Under the pieces are notes generated by a model. The model made no database searches. It was given only the letters and a program-made list of their open reading frames with translations, and was not told the DNA's origin. A stretch of DNA of 64,000 nucleotides from Alphaproteobacteria bacterium. GTDB taxonomy: Bacteria > Pseudomonadota > Alphaproteobacteria > Bin95. The stretch is taken from contig OZ224045.1 in assembly GCA_963665325.3 (NCBI GenBank), positions 2,144,001 to 2,208,000 of the forward strand, written 5' to 3'. Positions 40,921 through 51,627 of this stretch are shown here, piece after piece. A program made the position numbers and the translations under genes. Every line of letters starts with the position of its first letter. Positions within the stretch are counted from its first letter, which is position 1.

Positions 40921-41716
40921 CGGACCTGCGATCGGGTCCGAAAGCAGGGTCGGGCCGCTTTTCGGCAAGGAGGAACGAACCGGTAGCAGCGCGGGCCGCC
41001 GGAAGAGCGGCGGCGATCCGGCGGCCGACCAGCGGATCAAGAAGCAGCAGAAGGGACACAGGGAACGGCTGCGCCGGCATTTCCTGGAAAACCTGAATAA
41101 CGAAGGCAGCATAAAGGACTACGAGCTGCTGGAATTACTACTGTTCGGGGCCTATTCCCGGCGCGACGTGCAGCAGCTTGCCAGGGACCTGATCCAGACC
41201 TTCGGATCGCTGAGCGGCGTGCTTGCCGCCGAGCCGGCGGCGCTGCTCAAGGTAAGGGATGTGGGCGAGGCGGCCGTCTCGCTCATCAAGGTCGCCGAGG
41301 CGCTCGGCGTCGAACTGGCCCGCAAGGGTGCCGTCAGCGGCGAGGTATTGAACAATTACGACGCCGTGATCGCCTACTGCCGCGCCAGGATGGGCCGGCG
41401 GCCGGTGGAGGAGTTCCGCATCCTGTTCCTGGATAGCCGAAACCGCCTGCTTCGCGATGAACGCCAGACCACCGGCACGATCAATCATACCCCCGCCTAT
41501 CCGCGCGAGGTCTGCAAGCGGGCGCTCGAAGTGGGAGCGTCTGCCGTCATCCTGGTGCACAACCATCCGAGCGGCGACCCGACGCCGTCCGGGGCGGATA
41601 TCGAGATCACCCGGCGCATCGAGGCGGCTGCGAAGCTGCTCGGCGTCGCTGTCCACGACCACCTCATCGTCACGCGCGGCGAGACGCTGAGCTTCAAGGC
41701 CAAAGGGCTGCTCTGA
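40913..41716 (+). CDS. radC: RadC-family JAB-domain protein
   Basis: GHRERLR, YELLELLL, HNHPSGDPTPSGAD, VHDH. Confidence 0.93.
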   Translation: MRDGPAIGSESRVGPLFGKEERTGSSAGRRKSGGDPAADQRIKKQQKGHRERLRRHFLENLNNEGSIKDYELLELLLFGAYSRRDVQQLARDLIQTFGSLSGVLAAEPAALLKVRDVGEAAVSLIKVAEALGVELARKGAVSGEVLNNYDAVIAYCRARMGRRPVEEFRILFLDSRNRLLRDERQTTGTINHTPAYPREVCKRALEVGASAVILVHNHPSGDPTPSGADIEITRRIEAAAKLLGVAVHDHLIVTRGETLSFKAKGLL

Positions 41717-41855
41717 ACGGGCCTTCAGCCGAGAAGGAGGCGCGAGGAGGCGCACGTTGAAGCAAGCGAGATGAGTTGTCTAAGGCACTCCATGACAAAA
41801 ATATGACGCATCCCGCGTCTCCCCCCACCCCGGACACCCGAAAGGCGCTTCTCCC

Positions 41856-43568
41856 GTGACCGACGGTATTCGTTCCGGCCTCGCCCAGTATGGCGATGCC
41901 GGGCTTTCCTTCTTTCTGCGCAAGGCGTTCATCAAGGCGATGGGCTATTCCGACGAGGCCCTGGAACGCCCCATCGTCGCCATCACCGATACTTTCAGCG
42001 GCTATAACGGTTGCCACCGCACCGTGCCGGACCTGATTGCCGCCATCGAGCGCGGCGTCATGCATGCGGGCGGGCTGCCGATCCGCTTCCCGACGATCTC
42101 GATCCACGAGAGCTTCTCGCACCCGACCTCGATGTTCCTGCGCAACCTCATGGCGATGGACACGGAAGAGATGGTCCGCGCCCAGCCGATGGACGCCGTG
42201 GTGCTGATCGGCGGTTGCGACAAGACGGTGCCGGCGCTGCTGATGGGGGCTGCGAGCGCCGGCATTCCCGCCATCATGGAGGTGACGGGGCCGATGATGA
42301 CCGGACATTTCCGGGGCGAGCGGCTCGGCGCCTGCACGGACTGCAGGCGGCTCTGGAGCCTCTACCGGGCGGGCGAGATGGACGATGCCGAGATCGAAGC
42401 GGCAGGCGGGCGGCTGATGCCGACGGCGGGCACCTGCATGGTGATGGGCACGGCGTCCAGCATGGCGCTGATGACCGAGACCGTCGGAATGATGCTGCCC
42501 GGCGGAGCGGCCATCCCGGCGGTCCATGCCGACCGGCTGCGCCATGCGGAAGCCACCGGCGCGCGCGCCGTGGCCCTGGCGGCGGAGGGGCTGACGCCCG
42601 ACCGCATCATGACGCCGGCGGCGTTCGAGAACGCCTTCCGGATGCTGCTGGCGGTCGGCGGCTCGGCCAACGGACTGATCCACATGACCGCGGTTGCCGG
42701 GCGACTCGGCATCGAGGTGGACCTTGCCGCCATCGACCGGATGGGCGAGGAGACGCCCGTGCTGGTGGACCTCAAGCCCTCCGGCCAGCACTACATGGAG
42801 GACCTGCACCGGGCAGGCGGTGCCGCGCCCATCCTGAAGGAACTCCGGGGGCTGCTGAACCTGGACACGCTGACCGTTACCGGGCGCACGCTCGGCGAGG
42901 AGATCGACAACGCGCCAACCGAAGTCGGCCAGACCGTGGTCCGCACGATGAGCGACCCGATCTGGCCGGAAGGCGGCCTTGCAGTGCTGCGCGGCACGCT
43001 CGCGCCGGACACGGCGGTCATCAAGCAGTCGGCGGCGAACCCGGAACTGCTGGTGCATGAGGGCCGGGCGGTGGTGTTCGACGGGCTGGAGGACCTGGCC
43101 GCGCGGATCGACGACCCGGACCTCGACGTCGCCGAAGACGATATCCTGGTGCTGCGCAATGCCGGACCCAGAGGCGCGCCCGGCATGCCGGAAGCGGGCT
43201 CGCTACCGATCCCGAAGAAGCTCGCTGCCCGGGGCGTGCGCGACATGGTGCGCATATCCGACGCGCGCATGTCCGGCACCGCCTTCGGCACCATCGTGCT
43301 GCACTGCTGCCCGGAAGCGGCGGTCGGCGGGCCGCTGGCGCTGGTTCGCACGGGAGACCGCATCCGCCTCGACACGCCCGCGCGCCGTCTCGATCTGCTG
43401 GTCGACGACGCGGAGCTCGCCGCGCGGCGGGCGGACTGGCGCCCGCCGGTCCACGCCGGCGCGGAGCGCGGCTATCTCAAGCTCTATCTGGAGACCGTGA
43501 CCCAGGCGAACCAGGGCTGCGACTTCGACTTCATGGCGAAGGCGGGCGGCGGGAATAGCGAAGCATAG
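41856..43568 (+). CDS. IlvD/Edd-family dehydratase
   Basis: GGCDKT, GTCMVMGTAS, GAPGMPE, ISDARMSGT. Confidence 0.93.
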   Translation: MTDGIRSGLAQYGDAGLSFFLRKAFIKAMGYSDEALERPIVAITDTFSGYNGCHRTVPDLIAAIERGVMHAGGLPIRFPTISIHESFSHPTSMFLRNLMAMDTEEMVRAQPMDAVVLIGGCDKTVPALLMGAASAGIPAIMEVTGPMMTGHFRGERLGACTDCRRLWSLYRAGEMDDAEIEAAGGRLMPTAGTCMVMGTASSMALMTETVGMMLPGGAAIPAVHADRLRHAEATGARAVALAAEGLTPDRIMTPAAFENAFRMLLAVGGSANGLIHMTAVAGRLGIEVDLAAIDRMGEETPVLVDLKPSGQHYMEDLHRAGGAAPILKELRGLLNLDTLTVTGRTLGEEIDNAPTEVGQTVVRTMSDPIWPEGGLAVLRGTLAPDTAVIKQSAANPELLVHEGRAVVFDGLEDLAARIDDPDLDVAEDDILVLRNAGPRGAPGMPEAGSLPIPKKLAARGVRDMVRISDARMSGTAFGTIVLHCCPEAAVGGPLALVRTGDRIRLDTPARRLDLLVDDAELAARRADWRPPVHAGAERGYLKLYLETVTQANQGCDFDFMAKAGGGNSEA

Positions 43569-43594
43569 CAACCGTCCCGGCCCCTCCGGTCGGT

Positions 43595-44551
43595 TCAGGA
43601 GACGGCGGGTTTCTCGCCCAGCGTCGCCTGCGCGCGCCGCGTCAGTTCGTGCCCGGCATCTGACACCGCTTCGGCCAGCGGGTCGATCCAGCGCTGCCCG
43701 TGGGTGGCCAGGCGGTGGATCATGCCGATCCGCCGCAAAGGCTCAGGCGGGGCGAAGCGCATGAAGCGGAGTTCGGGAGACAGCGCGCTCTCGCAGGCCA
43801 CGGCGGATTCGGGAAGCAGCGTAATGCCTTCTCCGTCGGCTACCAGCCGCGACAGGGTCGCCAGCGATCCGGCGCCCCGGTGGACGTCCTGCTGGCGCCA
43901 CATCGAGCAGGCCCCCAGCACCTGGTCGGCCAGGCAGTGCCCGTCCGCAAGGGTAAGCAGCGGCCCGACATCGGCCCGCGCCAGGTCCTCGGGGCGCGGC
44001 ATGCGGGAATGCGACCGGACGGCATCCACCGGGCCGCCGCGGCCTGCGACCAGGAACCGGTCCTCGAACAGTTCCCGTTCCGGGAGTTCGATCATTCCGA
44101 GCGGCAGGGCCAGGATTGCCACGTCGAGGCGGCCCGCATGCAGGTTGGCGACGAGCTCGTTTCCGGTCGCCTCGACGACACTCGGCTCGATGCGGGGCGA
44201 CGAGTCCTGCAAGCGCTGCAGCAGGCCCGGAAGCAGGTAGGCGGACAGCGTCGAGACGATCCCGAGGGAGACTTGCGCACGGCCCTCGTCGAACTGTTTG
44301 CCCATCAGCTCCAGGAAATTGGTCTCGTCCAAAATCCGCAGCGTCTGCTCATGCGCCTCCCGGCCCAGTCGGGTGAGGTGGATGCCCCGGCTCTCCCGCT
44401 CCACCAGCGGCCCGCCGAGCGAGGCTTCGAGTTCCCGGATCTGAAGCGATAGCGCGGGTTGGGAAACGTACACGCTCTCGGCGGCGCGGCTGAAGGAACG
44501 GTGCTCGACCAGAGCCTGGAAATAGCGCAATTGGCGCAAGGTAATCGGCAC
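43595..44551 (-). CDS. Second OxyR-like LysR regulator
   Basis: ITLRQLRYF HTH; GHCLADQVLGAC; GTG start 44551 with GGAGG RBS. Confidence 0.85.
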   Translation of the reverse strand: MPITLRQLRYFQALVEHRSFSRAAESVYVSQPALSLQIRELEASLGGPLVERESRGIHLTRLGREAHEQTLRILDETNFLELMGKQFDEGRAQVSLGIVSTLSAYLLPGLLQRLQDSSPRIEPSVVEATGNELVANLHAGRLDVAILALPLGMIELPERELFEDRFLVAGRGGPVDAVRSHSRMPRPEDLARADVGPLLTLADGHCLADQVLGACSMWRQQDVHRGAGSLATLSRLVADGEGITLLPESAVACESALSPELRFMRFAPPEPLRRIGMIHRLATHGQRWIDPLAEAVSDAGHELTRRAQATLGEKPAVS

Positions 44552-44580
44552 GGCGCCGGCCTCCCGCAGGGATGAATCCA

Positions 44581-44595
44581 ATAAGGCTACCTTAT
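44581..44595. promoter_or_regulatory. LysR T-N11-A box
   Basis: ATAAG-GCTAC-CTTAT perfect dyad in the divergent promoter. Confidence 0.55.
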
Positions 44596-44709
44596 CCCAT
44601 TTCACGCGGTTTAGCGGGAGAATTGTGCCTTTTGCGCGGGGACGATACCGAAAGCCGGCCGGCCTTGCTACGGTCCTTGGCGAAGCCTCATTTCCAGGGA
44701 TTGCAGCCC

Positions 44710-45951
44710 ATGTTCGAGTTTCTGACGGAACGGTCCGACGCCAACCCGCATATCGCCCTGCAGCGCAGTTTCGGGCCGCTGACGCTCGATCTCCGTTCCG
44801 GCCAAGACAGGACGGTTGCAATCATCGATGGGCAGGGCATTCGTTTCGGCCCGCCCGGCTCCTCCGCAGCCGACCTCGTGCTGAGCGCTGAGCCTGCCGC
44901 CTGGGCGGAACTTCGCAAGGCCCGGCCGGCGCCGGGCTTCCAGACGCTCGCCACCATGCGCCGCGCGCGGCATCTCACCGTCACCGGCGACATGGTGAAA
45001 TTCTACCGCCACCTGCTGCTGCTGGAGATGCTGTTCTCGCCCTTTGAAGGCGGCGGGATACCGGAAGCAGCGCCGCCCGCCCCGGCCGTCGAGCCCGTGG
45101 TCGGGCGCTATCTGCGGCTGTCCATCGCCGGGCGGCCGCACCGGGTCTATTTCGAGGAGGCCGGCGCGGGCGTGCCGCTTCTCTGCCTGCACACGGCCGG
45201 AAGCGACGGGCGGCAGTACCGCCACATCCTGAACGACCCCACGGTGACGGACCGGTTCCGGGTGATCGCCTTCGACCTGCCCTGGCACGGCAAGTCTTCC
45301 CCGCCCAAGGGCTTCGAGGCGGAGGTTTACCGGCTCACGACCGATTCCTATGTCGAGACCGTCATGGCGGTGGCGGACGCGCTCGAACTCGAGTCCCCGG
45401 TCGTCATGGGTTGCTCCATCGGCGGCCGCGCCGTGCTGCATCTGGCGCTGAGGCACGGGTCCCGGTTCCGCGCGGCCATCGGTCTTCAGTCGGCGCTCTA
45501 TGCCGAGGACAGGAGCCTCGGCGACCCTCTGCCGGAGATGGCGCTCGCCCGGCCGGACATTCACGCCGGCATGACGGCGGGGGCGTCGATGGCGGGCATG
45601 ACCGCGCCCCAGTCGCCGGCGGCCGAGCGGTGGGAGACCATGTGGCACTACATGCAGGGCGGGCCGGGCATCTTCGCGGGCGACCTGCACTACTATTTCG
45701 AGGACGGCGACCTCAGGAACGGCGGCGCCGCGCCGCTGGCGAATTCGGACTGCCCGATCTACCTGCTGAGCGGCGATTACGACGTCTCCGCCACGCCGGA
45801 AATGGGCCGCGAGCTGGCCGAACTGATCGGCGCCGCGCACTTCGAGGTGATGAAGGGCGTCGGCCATTTCCCGATGTCGGAGAATCCGGAGGCCTTCCGG
45901 GGCTATCTCCTGCCTGTCCTCGAGAGCATCCTGGCGCTGCCGCCGGGGTAG
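44710..45951 (+). CDS. Alpha/beta hydrolase with N-terminal SCP2-like extension
   Basis: HTAGSD, DLPWHGKS, GCSIGG nucleophile, GHFPMSE. Confidence 0.85.
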   Translation: MFEFLTERSDANPHIALQRSFGPLTLDLRSGQDRTVAIIDGQGIRFGPPGSSAADLVLSAEPAAWAELRKARPAPGFQTLATMRRARHLTVTGDMVKFYRHLLLLEMLFSPFEGGGIPEAAPPAPAVEPVVGRYLRLSIAGRPHRVYFEEAGAGVPLLCLHTAGSDGRQYRHILNDPTVTDRFRVIAFDLPWHGKSSPPKGFEAEVYRLTTDSYVETVMAVADALELESPVVMGCSIGGRAVLHLALRHGSRFRAAIGLQSALYAEDRSLGDPLPEMALARPDIHAGMTAGASMAGMTAPQSPAAERWETMWHYMQGGPGIFAGDLHYYFEDGDLRNGGAAPLANSDCPIYLLSGDYDVSATPEMGRELAELIGAAHFEVMKGVGHFPMSENPEAFRGYLLPVLESILALPPG

Positions 45952-45954
45952 CGC

Positions 45955-47310
45955 CTACTCCATGAGGCGGGCGGTGCGGCGGCGGGCGGCCTCGGCGATC
46001 GCCGTTGCATCGACGGTCGCGAGCGCGCCGTCGCGGACGACCGGGCGGCCGTCCACAAGGAGGTCGCGCACCGGGAACGGACCGCAAAAGACGAGCGCGG
46101 CCACCGGGTCCCAGGCGCCCGCGGCGGCAAGGCCCGAGACATCCCAGATCGCAAGATCGGCGCGCTTGCCTGCTTCGATGGAGCCGAGCTCTCTCGCGCG
46201 GCCGAGAATGCGCGCTCCGCCGAGCGTCGCCATTTCGAGGGCCTCGCGCGCGCTCATCGCGGTTGCGCCGTGCTGCATCCGTTGCAGCAGCATGGCCAGC
46301 CGGGCCTCGGGCAGCAGACTGCCGGAGTCGTTGCTGGCCGAGCCGTCCACGCCGAGGCCCAGAGGCACGCCCTTATCGAGCATGACCCGGACCGGGGCCA
46401 GGCCCGAACCCAGCCGGCAGTTCGAAGACGGGCAGTGCGCCACGCCGGTTTCGGTACGGGCAAAGAGGGAGATTTCGCCGGAGTCGAGCGCGGTGCAGTG
46501 CGCATGCCAGACATGCTCGCCGACCCAGCCGAGCGACTCCGCGTAGTCGCCCGGCCGGCAGCCGAAGGCCTCGAGCGAAAAGGCGACGTCCTCGGCATTC
46601 TCCGCCAGGTGGGTGTGCAGGCGCACGCCCTTGTCGGCGGCGAGCAGGGCGGCGTCGCGCATGAGGTCGCGCGAGACGGAGAAGGGCGAGCAGGGCGCGA
46701 TACCGACCCGCACCATCGCGCCGTCGGACGGATCGTGGAAGGCGTCGATCACCCGGATGCAGTCTTCCAGGATATCGGCCTCGCGCTCGACCAGGCTGTC
46801 GGGCGGCAGGCCGCCATCGCTCTCGCCGACGCTCATGGCCCCGCGCGTTGCATGGAAGCGCAGGCCCACCGTCGCGGCGGCCTCGATCGTATCTTCCAGC
46901 CGCACGCCGTCGGGATAGATATAGAGGTGGTCCGAGCTCATGCCGCAGCCGGAGAGCGCAAGTTCGGCAAGGCCAAGTTGCGCCGAGACGAACATGTCCT
47001 CCGGCTGCATCCGCGCCCACACGGGATAGAGCGACTTCAGCCAGCCGAACAGCAGCGCGTCCTGCCCGGCTGGCACGGCGCGCGTCAGCGTCTGGTAGAG
47101 ATGGTGGTGGGTATTGACCAGCGCCGGCGTCACCACGCAGCCGGCGGCATCGACGATCTCCCAGCCGGAAGGGTCGTCCGGCCCGCTGGCACCGACGCCG
47201 GCGATCTTGCCGCCTTCGACGAGGACATGGGCACTGGCGAGCTCGCTGCGGTCCCCGTCCATCGTGACGACAATGTCGGCGTTGCGGATCCAGAGTCTCC
47301 TGTCGCTCAA
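45955..47310 (-). CDS. 8-oxoguanine deaminase-like amidohydrolase
   Basis: NTHHHLYQTLTR, APCSPFSVS, HTHLAE, HCPSSN, GVDGSASND. Confidence 0.9.
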   Translation of the reverse strand: MSDRRLWIRNADIVVTMDGDRSELASAHVLVEGGKIAGVGASGPDDPSGWEIVDAAGCVVTPALVNTHHHLYQTLTRAVPAGQDALLFGWLKSLYPVWARMQPEDMFVSAQLGLAELALSGCGMSSDHLYIYPDGVRLEDTIEAAATVGLRFHATRGAMSVGESDGGLPPDSLVEREADILEDCIRVIDAFHDPSDGAMVRVGIAPCSPFSVSRDLMRDAALLAADKGVRLHTHLAENAEDVAFSLEAFGCRPGDYAESLGWVGEHVWHAHCTALDSGEISLFARTETGVAHCPSSNCRLGSGLAPVRVMLDKGVPLGLGVDGSASNDSGSLLPEARLAMLLQRMQHGATAMSAREALEMATLGGARILGRARELGSIEAGKRADLAIWDVSGLAAAGAWDPVAALVFCGPFPVRDLLVDGRPVVRDGALATVDATAIAEAARRRTARLME

Positions 47311-47321
47311 CGGATCGCTCC

Positions 47322-49964
47322 TCAGCCCAGCAGCCGTTTCAGTGCGTAAAGCTGCTCCAGCGCCTCCCTCGGGCTGAGCGAATCGGGATCGAGGGCGGCC
47401 AGCGCATTCTCGACCTCGGAGGGCTCCGGTTCAGCCTGCGGGTTTCGGGCGGCGGCGAAGAGCGGCAGGTCGTCGGCGAGGCGGGCGATGGCGCTGCCCT
47501 GCTCGCCCGTCTCCAGCAGGCGCAGCACCTCCTCCGCCCGCTCCACTACGGAGTGCGGCAGGCCGGCGAGCCGCCCGACATGAATGCCGTAGGAACGGTC
47601 CGCCGCGCCGGGCGCTACCTCATGCAGGAAAACCACGGAACCCTGCCATTCCTTGACCCGCATGGTGCGGAGCGCCAGCCGGTCGAGCTTGCCCGCGAGC
47701 AGCGTGAGCTCGTGGTAGTGCGTCGCGAACAGCGCCCGGCAGCGGCAGGCCTCGTGCAGCTGCTCCATCACCGCCCAGGCAATGGAGAGGCCGTCAAAGG
47801 TGGCGGTGCCGCGCCCGATCTCGTCGAGGATCACCAGAGACCGTTCGCCCGCCTGGTTCAGGATCGCCGCCGTCTCGACCATCTCGACCATGAAGGTCGA
47901 ACGTCCCCGCGCAAGGTCGTCGGAGGCGCCGACGCGGCTGAACAGCCGGTCCACCGCCCCGATATGCGCGCGGTCCGCCGGCACGAAGCTGCCCATCTGG
48001 GCCAGGATGGCGATGAGCGCGTTCTGGCGCAGGAAGGTGCTCTTGCCGGCCATGTTCGGCCCGGTCACCAGCCAGAGCCGGCGCTCCGGCGAGAGGTCGC
48101 AGCCATTCGCGACGAAGGGCTCGTCCAGCGCCGCCTCGACGACGGGATGGCGCCCGCCTTCGATCTCGAAGGCAAGGCTGTCGTCCACCAGCGGCCGGCT
48201 CCAGCCGCACTCGATGGCAAGCGCGGCGAGCCCGGAGGTCGCGTCGAGCAGGGCTAGCGCCTGCGCCGCCGCTGCAATCGCCGCGCCCGCCTCCTGCACA
48301 AGGGCAGCAAGGCGCTCGAAGATCGCCAGTTCAGCCGCAACCGCCTGCTCGGCCGCGCCCGCGATCTGCGCTTCCAGCTTTCCGAGCTCGACCGTGGTGA
48401 AGCGCATCGAGTTGGCCATGGTCTGCCGGTGGATGAAGGCGTCGTCCGTTTGCAGGCGGCCCGCGGCGGCCTGCGTGACCTCGACGAAATAGCCGAGAAT
48501 GTTGTTGTGCCGAATCTTGAGCGAGGCGGTCCCGGTCTCGGAGGCATAGCGCGCCTGCAGGCCGGCCACCGTCTTGCGGCTGTCGTCGCGAAGCGACCTG
48601 AGCCGGTCGAGTTCGCCGTCATAACCGGTGGCCACGAAGCCGCCGTCGCGAGCGGTCAGGGGTAGTTCGGGGCCGAGTGCCGGAGCCAGTGCGGCAACGG
48701 TCCCGTCATGGCCACGGAGTGCGGTGCAGGCTTCCGCCAGCAGCGGCGGCGGGGCATCCAACAGGCCGGCAATCTCGCCCGCGAGCGTGAGCGCGTCGCG
48801 GATGGCCGCCAAGTCGCGCGGGCCGCCGCGTCCGAGGCCGAGGCGCGAGAGGGACCGCTCGATGTCCGGGGTGCGGGCCAGCCGCCCGACCAGGTCGCGG
48901 CGCAGGCGCTCTTCGCGGCATAACCGCTCCACGGCGTCGTGGCGGGCTGCGACTGCCGCCGAATCGGTCAAGGGGGCGGCGAGCCAGGCCGCCAGCAGCC
49001 GTCCGCCGCCCGCGCTCCGCGTCCGATCGATGGTCGCGAGCAGGCTGCCCCGGCGCTCGCCGGAAAGCGTCGCCGTCAGTTCCAGGTTTCTCCGCGTGGC
49101 GGGATCGATCTCCAGCACCTGTCCCGGTCCGGCGGGGCGCGGCGGCTCCAGGCGCGGCAGGCGGCCCTTCTGCGTGAGCTCCAGATAGTCCACCAGCACG
49201 CCGCACGCGGTCTGCTGGGCGCGGTCGAAGCGCCCGAAGCCCTCCAGTGTGGCGACCTCGAAAGCCTCCAGCAGCCGTCGGCGGGCATTCTCGCTGTCGA
49301 AGCGCGCCGCCGGCAGCGGCGTGGCCGCGCCGTCGAATCCGATGTCATCCAGCAGCGTTTCGGGCAGCACAAGTTCCGAAGGCTCGATCCGCGCCAGCAA
49401 TACCGGCAGGCCGTCGCCTTCCACGCTCTCCACCCGGAACTCGCCGGTCGAAATATCGGCCCAGGCAACCGCCTTTGCGCCGTTCGCCTCGGCCAGCACC
49501 GCCAGATAATTGTGTCGCTGAGCTTCCAGAAGGGCGTCCTCGGTCAGCGTTCCCGGCGTGATCAACCGCACAACATCGCGCGCCACGACCGCGCCGCTGC
49601 CGCGCCTGCGGGCCTCGGCCGGGTCTTCGGTCTGCTCGCAGATCGCGACCTTGAAGCCCTTGCGGATCAGGCGCTCCAGATAGGCTTCGTGGGCGCGCAC
49701 CGGCACGCCCGCCATCGGGATGTCTTCGCCGTCATGGCGGCCCCGCTTGGTGAGCGCGATGTCGAGCGCGCCTGCGGCCTGGACGGCATCCTCGAAGAAC
49801 AGCTCGTAGAAGTCCCCCATCCGGTAGAACAGGAGGTAGCCCGGATGCGCGTCCCGGATGGCGAGATATTGCGCCATCATCGGCGTGTTGCTGGCGGGGC
49901 GGGCGGGTTTCATGGGCGCTGGCGGCGGGCTTTCCGGAACTCGGGCGGCCCCAGCATTCCGCAT
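47322..49964 (-). CDS. mutS: DNA mismatch repair protein MutS (start uncertain: 49964 or 49913)
   Basis: [41 protein letters not shown]. Confidence 0.97.
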   Translation of the reverse strand: MRNAGAARVPESPPPAPMKPARPASNTPMMAQYLAIRDAHPGYLLFYRMGDFYELFFEDAVQAAGALDIALTKRGRHDGEDIPMAGVPVRAHEAYLERLIRKGFKVAICEQTEDPAEARRRGSGAVVARDVVRLITPGTLTEDALLEAQRHNYLAVLAEANGAKAVAWADISTGEFRVESVEGDGLPVLLARIEPSELVLPETLLDDIGFDGAATPLPAARFDSENARRRLLEAFEVATLEGFGRFDRAQQTACGVLVDYLELTQKGRLPRLEPPRPAGPGQVLEIDPATRRNLELTATLSGERRGSLLATIDRTRSAGGGRLLAAWLAAPLTDSAAVAARHDAVERLCREERLRRDLVGRLARTPDIERSLSRLGLGRGGPRDLAAIRDALTLAGEIAGLLDAPPPLLAEACTALRGHDGTVAALAPALGPELPLTARDGGFVATGYDGELDRLRSLRDDSRKTVAGLQARYASETGTASLKIRHNNILGYFVEVTQAAAGRLQTDDAFIHRQTMANSMRFTTVELGKLEAQIAGAAEQAVAAELAIFERLAALVQEAGAAIAAAAQALALLDATSGLAALAIECGWSRPLVDDSLAFEIEGGRHPVVEAALDEPFVANGCDLSPERRLWLVTGPNMAGKSTFLRQNALIAILAQMGSFVPADRAHIGAVDRLFSRVGASDDLARGRSTFMVEMVETAAILNQAGERSLVILDEIGRGTATFDGLSIAWAVMEQLHEACRCRALFATHYHELTLLAGKLDRLALRTMRVKEWQGSVVFLHEVAPGAADRSYGIHVGRLAGLPHSVVERAEEVLRLLETGEQGSAIARLADDLPLFAAARNPQAEPEPSEVENALAALDPDSLSPREALEQLYALKRLLG

Positions 49965-50081
49965 CCGGCCCGTTTCGCCAATGCCGACGCGCGAGGGAAG
50001 CGCACAGTGCAGGCGATGGGCTATGCTGAACGCCGAATTCCGACTTGATGCCGGGCCCCGGGGGCCCAGGGGGGAAACGAC

Positions 50082-51044
50082 ATGGATTTCGGCTTCAGCA
50101 TCCCGCACAGGGGGCCGCTCGCCAATGCCGCCGACCAGAAACGCCTCGCCCGGACGGGCGAGCGGTTGGGTTATGCGGCGCTTACGGTCTCGGACCATAT
50201 CGTCATCCCGCGCGACATCGAGTCGACCTACCCCTATTCCGAGACGGGCGACTTCCCCGGCAGCCGGTCGGGCGAGGCGCTGGAAATGATCGCGCTGCTT
50301 GCCTTTCTCTGCGGCGTCACCGAGAAGGCGCGGCTGATTACCTCCGTCATGGTGCTGCCGCACCGCAATCCCGTGCTGGCAGCCAAGCAGCTTGCGACGG
50401 CCGACCTCCTGAGCGGCGGGCGCGTCACGGTCGGCTGCGGCGTCGGTTGGATGCGCGAGGAGTTCGAGGCGGTCGGCCTGCCGCCGTTCGACGAGCGCGG
50501 CCGGGTCGCGGACGAATATCTCCGGGTCTTCAAGGAGGTCTGGACCGGGGACCCGGCAAGCTTCGCTGGCGACTATGCGAGTTTTTCCAATGTCTCGACG
50601 CTCCCGCATCCAGTGCAGAAACCGCATCCACCGCTCTGGATCGGCGGCGAGAGCGCGCCGGCGCTCCGCCGTGTCGTTGCGCTTGGCGATGCGTGGTACC
50701 CCATCGGCAACAATCCGCGCGCAATGCTCGACAGCCTGGACCGCTACCGGGCCCGGCGCGACCTCCTGTTCCGCATTGCCGGGGAAGCCAGGCGCGACCC
50801 GGCCACCATCGGGCTCGCCTACTCTGCCCCCTGGCATTTCGAGGAGGCTGCCGATGATGGCGAGGGCGGACGGCGCTTCCTCACCGGCAGTGCGGAAGAG
50901 CGCGCCGCCGACCTCCGCGCACTCGGCGAGCTCGGCGTCGGCTGCGTCTTCCTGAACTTCGCGGCGCGCACCGTCGAGCGCACCGAAGAGCGCCTCTCCC
51001 GCTTCGCCGATGAGGTCATGCCGTTGGTCGGCGGGCGTGCGTGA
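50082..51044 (+). CDS. Luciferase-like (LLM) flavin/F420-dependent oxidoreductase
   Basis: [30 protein letters not shown]. Confidence 0.88.
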   Translation: MDFGFSIPHRGPLANAADQKRLARTGERLGYAALTVSDHIVIPRDIESTYPYSETGDFPGSRSGEALEMIALLAFLCGVTEKARLITSVMVLPHRNPVLAAKQLATADLLSGGRVTVGCGVGWMREEFEAVGLPPFDERGRVADEYLRVFKEVWTGDPASFAGDYASFSNVSTLPHPVQKPHPPLWIGGESAPALRRVVALGDAWYPIGNNPRAMLDSLDRYRARRDLLFRIAGEARRDPATIGLAYSAPWHFEEAADDGEGGRRFLTGSAEERAADLRALGELGVGCVFLNFAARTVERTEERLSRFADEVMPLVGGRA

Positions 51045-51076
51045 CCTCAGGAAAAGCTTGATAAGCTGCAGGTAGA

Positions 51077-51105
51077 AGAGAGGCGGCCTTCCAAGGCCGC
51101 CTTTT
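51077..51105 (+). terminator. Rho-independent terminator
   Basis: AGGCGGCCTT-cc-AAGGCCGCCT followed by TTT. Confidence 0.7.
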
Positions 51106-51627
51106 CTGTTTCGAACGGCCTCTGTGCCGATGGAACCGCATTTCGGCTCAGGCCCGAAATTGCCGTATCTTGTTCCCGAATTTCAGAACAATTTCCTTTA
51201 GGGGGGCTTGACCTGAGAGAAAATGTGTTAGAATGGGAACAGAGAGGCGGTCTTCTGGGGCCGCCTTTCGGCTTTTCTGCGCAGGAGAGCGGCTGGGGCC
51301 GCAAAAAGGCCCCGGCGGGAGCGGACAGGAGACGTGCGTCCGGCGCTTGCCTCGTGCGCGGGCGCAATCAGGCGCGCGAACCGCGCCGGCGCCAACGCGC
51401 TCGCCCGCGCGCGATACGCGCGAAAAAGGGTCCCGCCGCCCGGGAAAAAGCTGCGGCGGAGAGAATAGATCGAAGAGGGATCGAGAGGAGAGTCCCCATG
51501 CCGAATACGCAAAGCCGGGGAACCGAAACGGAATGCTCCGGGCCCCTGTCCGAAACGACGACGTCACGACCGAAGAAACAACAGCCCATGCGCCATCCGC
51601 ATCCGGAACATGACAAAACATGACACT

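Noticed and set aside
49965-50837. 1171-aa MutS with a long N-terminal extension
   Set aside because: The extension is the antisense shadow of the LLM gene; MutS homology starts near TPMMAQY
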